Below are positions 1 to 13,477 of a stretch of DNA of 64,000 nucleotides, piece after piece. Under the pieces are notes generated by a model. It was given only the letters and a program-made list of their open reading frames with translations, was not told the DNA's origin and ran no database searches. How positions within the stretch are numbered: the stretch's first letter is position 1; the number at the start of each line of letters is the position of its first letter. This stretch comes from Octopus sinensis (taxonomy: Eukaryota): NCBI RefSeq assembly GCF_006345805.1, contig NC_043011.1:2976001-3040000 (forward strand). Reading direction: 5' to 3'. A program made the position numbers and the translations under genes.

Positions 1-69
<69 letters not shown>

Positions 70-95
70 GGTAGGTAGGTAGGTAGGTAGGTAGT

Positions 96-297
96 TGTGT
101 GTCAGTGTTTATCCCCCCACCATCGCTTGAGAACTGATGTTGGTGTGTTTACATCCCTGTCACTTAGTGGTTCAGCAAAAGAGACCGATAAAATTAGTAC
201 TAGACTTACAAAGAATAAGTCCTGGATTGATTTGTTCGACTAAAGGCGGTGCTCCAGCATGACTGAAATAAGTAAACGAATAAAAGAATAAAAGAAT
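96..297 (+). mobile_element. SINE family A (tRNA/CORE-like), 3' half
   Basis: Matches the 3' body and tail of the full copies (cacttagtggttcagcaaaagagaccgata...ggcggtgctccagcatg...gaataaaaga). Confidence 0.85.
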
Positions 298-475
298 TAT
301 ATCGGTCTCTTTTGCCAAACTGCTATGTTACAGAGATGTAAATACACCAACACTGGTTGTGAAGCAGTGATGGAGGAAGAAACACAAAGACACACACACA
401 CATAGATGCACGCACACACACACACATAGACAAGAGGAAGCCAAAAATTATCCGCACTTTCACCATAACATAAAT

Positions 476-1077
476 TTATTATTGTCACACTGCCTTCTGC
501 GCATGAGTGCTTATAGTTGGTACTATTGTCGTCATATGATCGAAGTTTGAGTTTGATCATACCATTTTTCTTTCAGCTTTACCGTGTAAGTATGGCTGCT
601 CCACTAGCAATGTGGACCAAAGAAGAACAGAGAGCAGTGATCCAAGAGATTGTAATGGTGAACTGTTTCGCCATTACCATCTCTTGAGCTAGCTAAATCT
701 TCTCATCAGTGGTGGAGGTTGATGGGCGACCTGCTCCCTCTTTGCGTATCATGATGGTCCAGCCACTTTTAAACTTCTCGATTCACTCATACACATATCT
801 ACACAGTAGTGCTCTGTTCCAGTATTGTGCTAAAAGCCTCCGATGGATTTCAGCACCTGACACACTTTTTGACCAGACAAATCAGATCACTGCACTTTGT
901 TCTTCTTTGGTGCACATTGTTAGTGGAGCAGCCATACTTGCACTGTACAGTCAGAAACAAAAATGGCTCAATCAGACTCAAACTTCGATCATGTGGCCGC
1001 AAGAGTACTAATTATAAGCGCTCATGTGTAGAAGGCAGTGTGACAATAATAAAGATGTTTTTTGACTTCCCTTCATA
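476..1077. mobile_element. Mariner/Tc1 remnant with two 5' ends in inverted orientation
   Basis: Minus strand 935->645 reads MAAPLTMCTKEEQSAVI*FVWSKSVSGAEIHRRLLAQYWNRALLCRYVYE*IEKFKSGW...EGAGRPSTSTTDEKI, a mariner N-terminal HTH with GRP motif and stops. The TIR-like end ...gacttcccttcata is at 1077. The plus-strand mirror 476-643 starts the same ORF (ATG 592). Confidence 0.8.
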
Positions 1078-1106
1078 AATATATATATATGTATGTGTGT
1101 GTGTGT

Positions 1107-1248
1107 GACGAGCTTCTTTCAGTTTCCATTTATCAAATCTACCCACAAGGCTTTGGACAGTTCAAGGCTTTAGTAGAAGACACTTGCCCAATGTGCAACA
1201 CAATGAGATAGAACCTAGAACCATATGGTTGGGAACCAAGCTTCTTCA
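1107..1248 (-). mobile_element. SINE family A, degenerate 5' half
   Basis: Reverse complement of the head/core (agaagacacttgccc, gaaccatatggttgg). Confidence 0.7.
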
Positions 1249-4200
1249 GATAATATAACTAGAATGTAAAAGAGCATGACCTTATGCCGCAATATGTTTT
1301 ACCAACATCCCTTACCGATGTATGTATACACACCCAAATACATATGCACATACTTATGTATATATAAAAGCCTATGTTGTTATTTTGTTTGTTGGTTTTG
1401 TCACATTGTAAGAATATCAGACACACACACACACACACACACCTACACACACACGCATACACACACACACACACTCATAGCACACACATACACACCTTTA
1501 AATAGAACCTCTCATTTTTGAAAAGTATTATGTCAGCCTATACATATTTTAAATATATTTTTTGTTTGTTTAAAAAAATCTTAATGTATAAAGAAATATT
1601 ACCAATTAATTTTTTTTAAAGTTAGCACTGAAATTTATTGTCACTCAATCATATTTTTTATTCTTGTTTTGTTTCTACTAACAAGTTCTATTGCTTACCA
1701 AAGTCATGATAAATAGAATCAATCTAATGATAAAAGTAATAAGAAAAAAAAGAAACAAATAAAAGATCTCCACAAGAAAAAGAATCACAATTTCCATTGA
1801 TGTTCAAAAGACTGATATTCTTTAATCTTCTAGATATTAACTAAAAATGCCAATAAGTTGTAGATCGACTATTTCCTTTTCACCATTTATCACTGCTTCT
1901 GGTTATAAATCTCAAGAAATTACATCACACGAACTTGATTTTTATGCATACATGTTGGTTAAGTTCTTTCAGCACACATACATAAACTCTCTCTTTTCTG
2001 TCTGTCTGTCTCTCTCCCCCACAAACTACTCCATTTTCATTTTATCTTGAAGAATTGATATTGTGTTTATGCACCACTATCCCCTGCTTTTAATTGCATG
2101 GATTCACATCATATTTCCACAGCATTAGGAGGTAAGTTCTTCTGTAATGGATCTTGTTTCAGTTCAAACTGGTTTATATATGGTATAATTACAGATCAAT
2201 AAAAGCAGTAAAGGAAATGACTGTTCAATACTGTTAAAAGCAACCTGCTGAGTCAATGACTCAGAAAGTAAGGCAAGGCTCTGCAAAAGTAGGAATAAAT
2301 CCATTTTTTAATACCAGTAGAGCAATCATTAATTAATGTTAGCCACCAATGTCTAATTTGTGCTCTCAGAATCTGATTTCGACAAAAGATTTATTTCAGT
2401 TGAATCTTTTTTGCACCGTTAAAGAACATAATCTTCAAATCTAATTACTGCCACTTGAATGGCAGCTTACTAGGAATTCCAGTTATGTTTTATGTTCGGA
2501 GACAAGGCTGAGAGAGCATTTCAAGTAGCTTTTGCTTTTTCCTTTTTTTCCTTCTGACATATATCTCCGTTCCATTTTCCATTTGATCATTTTAGTGTGT
2601 GATCCTATATTTTATTCCACGTATCGAACAATAGACTTGATTAGTATTGAAGAGTGATGCAGTATGGTGCAGGTTAAGTAGCTTGCTTCATAATCACGTG
2701 CTCTGGATTTAATGTCACTGCATGACACTTTGGACAGGTGCTTTCTGCATTGTTTGTCTTGTAAGTTAGAGCTGACCAGAGGCTTATGAGTGAACTTTAT
2801 TAGACAGAAGCTGTACAAAAAAGCCAGTTTTGTGCATGTGTGTTTGTGTGTGTGTGTGTGTGCGTGTGTGACATAAACATAGAGTAAGAACCAGTACATT
2901 CAGGCAAAAAAGTTTTATAGAATTTTGGTCCATACATGTATGTTCTGGGTTTTAATCCTATCCAAATTGCTTTCCATCCCATAATATTTGACATATGTAT
3001 CAATATCGTTATCATGTTGAAGTTAAACCAATAGACTACACCACTTATCTGCTAAGAGCCAGGCAATGCTGTTAAACTGAATGATGGCTAAAGGCTGACA
3101 TTTAAGTAGGGTGAAGCAGAACTTGAATTCAGAGGGAAAGGAACTGGAACAAACAGAGTAAGACATCCACTCTGATGCTGTAATGATTCTGATAGTCCAC
3201 CGCTTTAGACAGGTACTTATTGATGGAAGGAAGGAAATGAAAGTCGACCTTGCCAATAATCGAACTCAGAATACAAGAAACTAGAACAAATACCTCAAGA
3301 CATTCTATCACTGCCTATTAGATTCATATTAATGTACAATCCTTATTAGATTCATATTCATATGCAATCCTATTCAAACTTCATAACAGTTGCTTTTTAA
3401 GATATGGTTGTTTTAGAAACATCGATTGCATAGCTTATTACAGTCCAGCTGAAATGAGAGTGTATGTTATAAGAGATTAATATGATTAACACTAATTTTG
3501 AAGCAAGTGTGATTTAGTTTGATGTTTGACTAAGATAAATAGGTAGAGAAATGAGGTCTGACCTTTTGAAGAAAGAAGAAAACTGTACACATTATTTATA
3601 CTTCTGAGAGCTAACACAGAAGGAGGCAGACATTATTAGAAAAAATGATTAAAGTATTATTGATGCTTGTGAGCCAGAAATGTTTGGTGAAATAGAAGTA
3701 TTTAAGAACTTGTATTGGTGGGTGAGCAAGTGATTTGAGGTACTCTGCAAAAAAACAGTTCTTGATGAATCAGAGGAACTTCATCTATGTTATAGCATCC
3801 TCAACATCAGTTTTAGAGATAGGGAATAATCCCCTAACCCTAACCTTTTGGTAATCCTTCTTTCCTTCCTTATGTTAAAAGATTTCTTTAGTCCCAGATC
3901 ATTTTGAAGCATTTTCAGCCAAGTATTTTAAACATTTTTGTGTAGTTTCCATTCTTGTGGTCGAAGACCTACGAATGATTTACATGGCAATCTGGAATGA
4001 TTATTTCATTCCAGCGACCAGGTCAGCATAATTACTGTTTATGAAGGAATTTAGAAAATAGTTGGCTAACAAGAGCAATTTTGCTAAATATGAGACAGTC
4101 AAACCAAACCATTCCAAATATTCAACAAAGATATTAAATTTAGGTAAATTCCAACATATCCAATCCATGTAGGGATAGTGCATATGATTTGGTACCATGC

Positions 4201-4555
4201 AAAAGGTTAGTGAATACAGAAGATTAATAAATGTAAATGATGGCATTTAATAAGATATCATTTTATCTAGTTTCAGCTCACGAGCTGTGGCCATGCTGGG
4301 GCACTGCCATTCGACTATACTCAACAATTAATGAGGTCAAAGCCAAAAGTTTTAAACTAATTCTATTTTTGCTATCTAACGACATGATAATCTTTTTCCT
4401 TCTCCTCTGGAAGGAAAGAAGTGTGTTAGTTCAGCTGCCAAAAGAGTACTTGCGCATTTCTTATGAGAATAAGGCAACATTTACTGTTTAACAGTGAACT
4501 GTGATCCACTCTAGTATCAGATGAGTAGTCTACTTTGTAACAATTACCATTTTAA

Positions 4556-4795
4556 CTCTTTACTCTTACTCTTTTACTCTTTTTACTTGTTTCAGTCATT
4601 TGACTGCGCCATGCTGGAGCACCGCCTTTAATCGAGCAACTCGACCCCGGGACTTATTCTTTGTAAGCCTAGTACTTATTCTATCGGTTTCTTTGCCGAA
4701 CCACTAAGTGACGGGGACATAAACACACCAGCATTGGCTGTCAAGCGATGTTGGGGGACAAACACAGACATACAAACTCACACATACACATATAT
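4556..4795 (-). mobile_element. SINE family A, 3' half
   Basis: (tactctt)n tail followed by acttgtttcagtcatttgactgcgccatgctggagcaccgcc...ggggacataaacacaccagc. Confidence 0.9.
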
Positions 4796-6427
4796 ATGTT
4801 TAGTATCTGTTGTTGCTGAACATTCCCTTCAACTGCAAATAAGCAACACTGGACAAGATCAACTTGTCACTGAAAACAGTATCAACAGGGTAAATATGAT
4901 AAGAGGTTTGTACTGCCTGCAGCACCACTGTAGCATAGAGAGGAATAAGTTCTACCTGGCTGATTGGCTTAGAATTCACTGTATGAAGATGGAGTCTTTA
5001 CATGTTTTCCTATGATACAATAAGTTTATCGGATTTACTATTGATAACACATGAGACACATGTAATTTATGCTAAATATATTTTTCCTTCCTTATCTTGT
5101 TGCAGTCCAGCTCTCTTACAATATTTTCCTTCAGTTTAAATCACATGAACACACTGTGCGGAAAGCAAAAACTATGTCACCTACTACTTTCTAACACTCA
5201 GTGTACTTTTAAAAATATTATTACTCTTAAACAAATATCAACACACTGGTTATGATCCAAAATGTCTTTTAGAAATATATTCAGTATTTTATCAATACAT
5301 TTTCTTTCATGGTTTCTCTAATGGTAAATATATTCATGACATGTCAGTAAAATATTATTTGTATCTATTTAACAGTTTTAGGATTATTTATAAACAGACC
5401 ATTCTGCCATTTAGATATGTGACATATATTTTATAAAACGGTCTTCAATCATAGTTATAACGTTCAGTATTTATATCTCAGATGTGTTTTGATGTTCAAC
5501 ACATTCTGTTGCATTACACACAGTACATCACTGCCTCCAATATTTCCACATTTTGTTGACAAGTTGTTCTTTCCAAGCAATCAATTTATAGTTTGATGTT
5601 TAATTTTTTTATGTTTTATAAGAGAGGAAGGGATAGGAAAAATAACATATTTGAAATTCCTGAACAGTATTGGTAGAGAAAACTCCAAAGTTATCAGTTT
5701 TCCCATAAAAGAAGAAGTGACAATATTTCCTCAAAAAGACAAAGTATCTTATAAAGCCAGCAATATAGTTGTAATGGAAAACTCAAAGTAATTCAGTCTT
5801 TGATACCAACTGCATAATACAGAAAATCTAATAAAATCTTTTGGTAAAAGTCTTTCCTGTCTTCTCTTATAAGAAACCATACTAATGATTTATTGCCAAG
5901 CAATAATTTCACTTCAACTCCCTCCAGAAATCTTTAAGATTATCTTAGCCTGCTAACTAAATTATTAATGCTGATAAGGAAGGAAGTCTGCTACTTCTTG
6001 CTCAAATGAGTTATGTAGAAGATAATGAATAAATACTTCTGGCAGCTTAATCTCTGTTGAAGAATTAGAATTAATAGATATTAATGGGTTAAAGATCACA
6101 CATGATAATGCAGTATTTGTGTGAGGCCTCTGTGCTAGTATTCCTGGATTGTATTACAATGTACCCAGGGACTCATAAATTATCGTTGATAATGATAGCT
6201 AAAGGGTAGCTTGGTGGAAATAAGTGGAAAGTAGAGAATGTAAACTTTAACCTGTCAAATAAATATATATGTTCTGGAAATTGCCAAACGTAACTTTGGT
6301 GCTTTTCTGGATAAGAAGTTAATTCAAACCAGTCCTTTCTTTCTGTCATATTATAAGAGAGGCAATAATGATTTGTTGTTATGTAACCCTGGTCAGTGTG
6401 TTCAAATAGATCTATGACATATAAATA

Positions 6428-6858
6428 GGCGCAGGAGTGGCTGTGTAGTAAGTAGCTTGCTTACCAACCACATGGTTCCGGGTTCAGTCCCACTGCATGG
6501 CACCTTGTGCAAATGTCTTCTACGATAGCCTCGGGCCGACCAAAGCCTTGTGAGTGGATTTGGAAGACGGAAACTGAAAGAAGCCCGTCGTATATATGTA
6601 TATTTATATATATATATATATATGTGTGTGTGCGTGTATGTTTGTGTGTCTGTGTTTGTTCCCCTAGCATTGCTTGACAACCGATGCTTGTGTGTTTATG
6701 TCTCCATCACTTAGCGGTTCGGCAAAAGAGACCGATAGAATAAGTACTGGGCTTGCAAAGAATAAGTCCCGGGGTCGAGTTGCTCGACTAAAGGCAGTGC
6801 TCCAGCATGGCCGCAGTCAACTGACTGAAACAAGTAAAAGAGATAAAAGAGATAAAAG
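6428..6858 (+). mobile_element. SINE family A, full length
   Basis: tRNA-like head with A box (TGGCTGTGTAG) and B box (GGTTCAGTCCC), CORE-like ccttgtgcaaatgtc, internal (TA)n(TG)n, CR1/L2-like tail and (agataaaag)n. Confidence 0.92.
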
Positions 6859-7234
6859 TTATTGAGGCAAGTTGGTGTAATCCAGGGGTCCACCACTCTA
6901 AACATACTATGCCTCTGTCTGGCTGCAGATTGCACTATACACTGATCAGTTCATTTTAACATGTAACAAAAAGTGGGCGACTGAACATGTGTTTCTATTA
7001 CCACACAATCTGCTTCTGTATGGCTGCATCTTATCTTCAGGTAGTGACCACAGTTGAAAAAAATCCGACATATGTAGATCACATATGTATAAACCACAGT
7101 AAGGTTTTACATAATAAGTCTAAGCAGCCATTTTGCTATTTTCCTTTCTATCTTACTGTCAATATTATTTCTAACATACTGCGACAGTAACTTTAAATAT
7201 TTAGATACAGCAGTAAACAAAATTTTATTTTTAT

Positions 7235-7535
7235 TTTATTTATTTTATTTTATCTAGTTTCAGCTCATGAACTGTGGCCATGCTGGGGCACTGCCATTTG
7301 GTGTTGCTACATGATTTTACTTCACGAATGCTTTTTAGCAATTGCCATTTGGTGCATGAGAGAGTTCGATGCAGCTGCCTTCATCTGCACCTCCTGCCGT
7401 GAAGTTGGTTCATCTGGGATACCTGACAGGAAGAGATCCAGTTTTATTTTAAAGACATCTGTATCCACCCCATGCAGGTCTCTCAGGTCCTTCAGGAGGA
7501 TATTGAAGACTGTGGACCTCTGAAGCCCAAATATA
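7235..7535 (-). mobile_element. CR1/L2-like LINE 3' end
   Basis: Minus frame ...TVFNILLKDLRDLHGVDTDVFKIKLDLFLSGIPDEPTSRQ...AASNSL resembles a CR1/L2 ORF2 C-terminus. It is followed by the tail ggcagtgccccagcatggccacag...ctgaaactagataaaa(taaaa)n. Confidence 0.8.
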
Positions 7536-7859
7536 AACTGCAATGTTAAGGCAACCATGTTTACCTTAATTTGAATATCATGTTACTTTACCTTTAATGG
7601 TCACACAAAATCTCTAACAATAATTACAGTACAACTCCAAGGAAGTTTAGGACTTTCTGTGATTTGCTTCTATTGTAAAGAAGTATATTACCCTAATACT
7701 CCACGAAATATTCTATCTGAAACGGTCAATTATAATAATTCACAATGAAAGTGTCATCTCATGTACACAGGAAAGGATTTTTCTTGTTCTTTTCTACTCT
7801 TCATCTTTGTATTTTATTAATAATATTTTTATGAATGACCAGTCATGGAAAGGAGAGGT

Positions 7860-8016
7860 ATCATCATCATCATCATCATCATCATCGTTTAACGTCCATT
7901 TTCAGCACTAGCACGGGTCAGACGGTTCAACCAGGGTCTGGGAAGCCAGGGGCTGCACCAGGCTCCAGTCTGATCTGGCAGTGTTTCTACAGCTGGATGC
8001 CCTTCCTAACGCCAAC
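7860..8016 (-). mobile_element. RTE LINE 3' UTR/tail
   Basis: (cat)n followed by gtttaacgtcc...ctggatgcccttcctaacgccaac, the reverse complement of the tail at 50400-50570. Confidence 0.8.
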
Positions 8017-9532
8017 AATAAAATGTTATTAAAATTTTATGAATGGCATATTGACAAGATATGCTCTATAAAAGTCTGCTGAGCTGATTACAAGCAATCA
8101 CCAATAATTATGAATGTTAGATGACATTAATCCAATTCAGACTGAACCCTCATTGAAGTTTCAGGAAATCAGCAGAAAGTACAATGGTTTGTTTCTGTAT
8201 TTGGTTTGCAAGATTCTTGATGTCGAATCATATGTTGAAACAGATTTTTGGATCTTGGAAGTATCATTATGCCAAATAAATACACATGTACTGGTTCTCT
8301 TTCACTTGCTTAATTATTATAAGTCAACTAGTTAATCGTTTCACTTACTTTTATTAGTCTTATTAGTCAACTAGTTGACCATTTAACCAGTTAATGAAAT
8401 AATTGTTCAATTAGCCATTTGGTCAATCAATCTGTCAAATAGCTTCACGAGAGTCCTTTCATTGTCATCTGTGACCTTGTCAGTAACATGTCCTGACTAT
8501 TCCAGGGCTCCAGACAAGTAACTGATTAGTTAATTTAGTAAATGGTTAACTAATTGGCTAATAATAATAAACGAAGGGAAAAAGAATGAGTGTGTTTCTT
8601 TTTAGCATAACGACCTTCTCAAAGTTCATCAAAGTACAATGGTCTCTTTATTGTCTCTACAACTCTGAGGCATAACTTAACATTGTAATCAAAGAACTGT
8701 ATTTCTTAATGAGGGTTGAATTCATTACTGAGGTGACTTACGCTGGAACAGAACTTTATGAAGAGAAAAGATTTAAATGGGTTCCCTTAACAATCCACCA
8801 AATAATGAGCAATGTTCCTCTAAAGTTTCAATGAGTAATACATTGAAGAAATACGATGTGCACATATTTCCTCATGACTAAAAATAATCAGATGCCAGAT
8901 GCTTGAATAAATGTAATTCTAAAACATTAAGGTAATTTTGGTCTAAGAAATAACAAAAAAAAAACAAAAACAAAGCATAAGTTATGATTGCCTTGTAAGA
9001 AATATCCTGGTCCATTAAAGATACATATAGCATATAAACAATGCAACTATTTTTCTACATGTGTATTTATGTTCTACTTGTAGTAGTTCGATTTCCTTTG
9101 TGCTCTAATTCAGTTGCACATGTTCATGCTCCTGTGTTCTGCTAATAAATAGCATTGGTTATATGATTAACATGAACGCGCAGAAACATACATTGATGTA
9201 TACGCTTGTATATGCATACACAAACACATGTGTGCCTTTATATCATACATACACAAAGCAACACATACATAAGCAAATAAACAGCCTCCAGTAACTCATT
9301 GCAATATATTCATAACCAGTCGATCTGACTAATAAGTAATAGTTACTCAGTTGGCAGCCTTTCTTACTAGTTAATCAATGAGGACAAAAAAAATTCTATT
9401 GAATTCTGGTTTCTTAGATGGAGACTACAGAATTGATGGAGATTTCTTACTTTACTTGCAATAATAAGACTGTACAGCAGTTTTTGTTTCTGTTGTTGGC
9501 CCATTAGCTAGGGTACTTATTTATGTTTCCAC

Positions 9533-9534
<2 letters not shown>

Positions 9535-9563
<29 letters not shown>

Positions 9564-9770
9564 GCACGCACACACACACACACACATATATATGTACATA
9601 TATGTATACATATAGATATAGATGTATGTATATATGTATGTATATATGTATGCATGTATGTATGTATGTATGTATGTATATATGTATGCATGTATGTATG
9701 TATGTATGTATGTATATATGTATGCATGTATGTATGTTTGTATGTTTGTATGTATGTATCTATCTCTCTA

Positions 9771-9825
<55 letters not shown>
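9535..9825. repeat. Compound microsatellite (TA)n/(CA)n/(TATG)n/(TC)n
   Basis: Seen directly; source of several artefactual ORFs. Confidence 0.95.
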
Positions 9826-9828
<3 letters not shown>

Positions 9829-10418
9829 GCAGGTGTGTGTGTGGGACTGTGTACTTGCATCAGAGTAAGAAATATATTCATAAATGTGTTTGCAGTGAAA
9901 GAGAACATGGAAATGCTCGCTATTTTTTCATTATGCCTGCCTTCATTCTAGTAGATGTTGTAAAATGATAAATAAAATGATAAATAAATATGTAATAACA
10001 TAGAAAAAGAAACACGGTTTGAGCCAATTATATAAGATCTGAAATATCTTGAGAATTAGAATGGTTAATCTCCATTTACTTTCGCTGTTGTCACATCATG
10101 TCCGTCATGATCAATAAAAAAATACCTTTCTGGCTTTCATCATTCTGTCTTTTTATACATCTAGAATTATATCATCTAATGTTTACTGTCTTTTTTAAAA
10201 ATTGTAGGGTGTTACGTGAGAAAGATTTAGCTAATATCTCTTATGAGCTGAGGGATCTCATAAAGGTTCGCAGATTTATTCGTCTTCATTGACGGTACTT
10301 CCACTGATTAGTGTCAGTAAGCTTTGCTTAAGCAGACGAGTAAAAGAAATTTACTGACATTCTATAATTATTACTTGATCCCAAATTCTTATGTGGGGCT
10401 ACACAGTAAATCATGCCG

Positions 10419-10680
10419 GGATCTTTTCCTTTTGAAGGCCAGATTTCAACACAATTTCTAGTTAACTAAACACTTTAAAACTTCGTATACTGGTAGAATG
10501 TGTCAAAATAAAACGTTATTTTCACTTGGCTTTCTTGATAAATTTGTAATTCGTTTGTTTAACGTAGTTTAATTTTTCGAATTTTAACCAATCCTATGCT
10601 CTCTTTTGAGCTAAAATCATTTGCTGCATCTAAAACTGAGACAACATCCTGTCACTAACCCTAAACCTCACCCTAACCCA
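10419..10680 (+). mobile_element. Truncated copy of the GGATC-terminal MITE (see 32564)
   Basis: Starts ggatcttttcc, shares aaacttcgtatactggtagaatgtg, and has degenerate CCCTAA repeats at about 10652-10679. No right TIR found. Confidence 0.65.
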
Positions 10681-11676
10681 AAATTATTTTTTTCTTAATT
10701 GTTAAATTAACTTAATTGTTACACGTGTAAAGAAAACTAAAGCAATGGAAAATAATTTAAACAATTAACATACAAAATAATTCTATAATTTTTATACACA
10801 CGCTTTCCGTAGTGTACCTGATGTAGCGTGTCCTTAAAAGTCTGATGTCCAAGGTAGTTCAATGTGAATGGGGAATGATTCCTTGAAAGTTTCAGAATTG
10901 GAAACTCAGTGCAGAAAATTGTTTATTGTATCTATGGATCATACTGTGTTTGGTATGGATACTGCATGGCCAATTGATTAAGTATCATTTCCCAGTCATG
11001 GCATTCCAAGTTTGGTTCCACTGTGTAGCATCTTGGACAAGTGTCTTTCACAACGACCTCGCATTGACCCTAACAATGGGGTGAAAATAAAGAGAGACAG
11101 AAACTGTATGGAAACCTTGTAAATTAAAAGGCAAGTCTTAACACACTTGTCATGCAGATTGTATCTGAGAATGACATTAAGGGTGTATGTGCTTGTGAAA
11201 CATTTAATCATTTAATAATTACTTACTAATGAAGTCAGTGAGCAGGTGCTACAATTGTTCAAACAATTGAATATTCATTGCTGAAAGTGAGATTTATTTA
11301 TTTCATTCTGGTGAGGACTTATGATCTGGATTACTTCACATCTACTGATATTCAGAGTATTATCAATAAAACCTTTAAACAAGAATACTATAATTGTTAT
11401 GGCATAATGTTAACATATGTCTAAATGTTTCAAGCCAACTATTATGATGTATAAAACTATTGCTTTTGAAACATTGCGACCTCTTTATAAAATAGGATAC
11501 ACATTCAGCAGAAGTCTTCTTACGTTAAACCTAAAAGAGATGTAAGAATAAAGATATAATACATTGTACCAATTTATCAACTGAAAAGAAACTTGTCACT
11601 AAACAAATAAATTTTCAAAAATATATCCAAAATAGAGGGCAGATAATCTCAATAATCTTAAAAAGTACAAAGACTT

Positions 11677-12050
11677 GAGAAAGAAAAAAAATGAGAAAAA
11701 TTAAACAAATGCACTGATACTTTCACACACATACACACAAGTGCACACACATACATACACATATACATCTGTGTGTTTGTGTGTGTATGTATATATATAT
11801 GTAAGTATATGTATATGTGTGTGTGTGTATATATATATATGTGTGTGTGTGTGTAAGTATTTGAGAAAGAAAAAAATTGAGAAAAATTAAACAAATGCAC
11901 TGATACATTCACACACATACACACACATGCACACACATACACACAAGTGCACACACATACATACACATATACATCTGTGTGTTTGTGTGTGTATATATAT
12001 ATATATATATATGTAAGTATATGTATATGTGTGTGTGTGTAAGTATATGT
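11677..12050. repeat. About 185-bp tandem duplication containing microsatellites
   Basis: gagaaagaaaaaaa..gagaaaaattaaacaaatgcactgatac occurs at about 11677 and 11863. Confidence 0.85.
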
Positions 12051-12059
12051 ATGTGTATG

Positions 12060-12091
<32 letters not shown>

Positions 12092-12367
12092 CAGAGAGAG
12101 AGAGACAGAGAGATTCAGCAGATTTATTATTAGCATAAAGAAATAGATAAACTTGCATATAAAGAAGAAAAAAAGGTAATAACAAATAACAGAAGAACAA
12201 CAACAATAGCAGTAGATACAACAATGCATTTTACTGGAATAATTATTCACTTATTTATACAATTTTCCCTTCGCTTGTTAGATTTATGTTTCTTTCTGTG
12301 TAAATTGTTGCAGAGAGATTGTTCCAGAATATTCAGGTGTTTTTCTTTTTTATATATATATTTATTC

Positions 12368-12420
<53 letters not shown>

Positions 12421-12777
12421 TTTTGTCATGTCTCCTACATGGAAAAGAGAGATTATAGCATCCATATGATAATTCACTTTGGATTTTGAAGCAAAATATA
12501 AAACAAGAACATGCATGAAAAAAAATAATCAATTTATAAATAAAATAAAATAAAATAAATCAAGAAACAATACTACATTGAGAAGATCATCATCATCATC
12601 ATACACACCACCACCACCGCCAGCAACAACAACAACAACAACTATTTCTTAACGTTGTCTGTTTACATTTTGGCTATCTTCTCACTGAGAGATGTGAAAA
12701 AGTTCACATTTGTTTCAATAGTTTTAAGATGATATAATTTCTAAAAGGAAACCAAAGAATTTTACAAAGACAACAAT

Positions 12778-12808
<31 letters not shown>

Positions 12809-13252
12809 CGTGTGTGTTGATACACAAATATATACATATATGTGTGTTTGCATGTATGTATATATATATGTATGTATATATATATGTATGTATATTCAAT
12901 TTACATTCTGACTTTGTTACATTTTCTCTATCTCTTTCTCTCTCTCTCTCTTTCTCTATATTTGTCTCTAGTCTATCTCCATTTTGCTTTGCCCATTTTC
13001 ATTTACCCCCCCCCCTCTCTCTTGACTCTTTTCTTTCCGTATATCTCAATATATTCTCTTTCACTTACTCTGCTCTAAATCTTTTCCCCCCTCTCTTCTT
13101 CTTACATCTTCTTTTACTCTCCTACCTATTCTGTATTTTCCATGCACATCCTCTCTTTCTTAATTTGTCCACATCATCCTCTCTCTTCTACTTCCTTCAC
13201 TTTTTCTACTTCTGCTTGTAATCTTTGTCTCTCTCTCTCCAAGACTCTCTCT

Positions 13253-13477
13253 TATTTCTTTATTGCCCACAAGGGGCTAAACATAGAGGGGACAAACAAG
13301 GACAGACAAAGGGATTAAGTCGATTACATCGACCCAGTGTGTAACTGGTACTTATTTAATTGACCCCGAAAGGATGAAAGCTAAAGTCGACCTTGGCAGA
13401 ATTTGAACTCAGAACGTAACGGCAGACGAAATACCGCTGAGCATTTCGCCCGCTAACGTTTCTGCCAGCTCGCCGCC
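13253..13477 (-). mobile_element. SINE family B (Nin-like central domain)
   Basis: Reverse complement of ggcgagctggcagaaacgttagc...gactttagctttcatcctttcggggtcaattaaataagtacc...tttagccccttgtgggcaataaagaaata. Confidence 0.88.

Noticed and set aside
4804-4889. Plus-strand candidate exon VSVVAEHSLQLQ...
   Set aside because: Acceptor lies at the edge of a SINE microsatellite, the donor is weak, and there is no recognisable homology.
5650-6240. Coding-like AT-rich stretch
   Set aside because: Stops in all frames within about 60 codons and no recognisable motif.
6428-6500. tRNA genes at SINE heads
   Set aside because: A and B boxes are present, but the sequence continues into the SINE body and tail; no complete cloverleaf.
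8314-8560. Repeated tagttgac/gtcaacta motifs incl. palindrome GTCAACTAGTTGAC (8366-8379)
   Set aside because: Probably subterminal repeats of an old DNA transposon; no termini or TSD could be defined.
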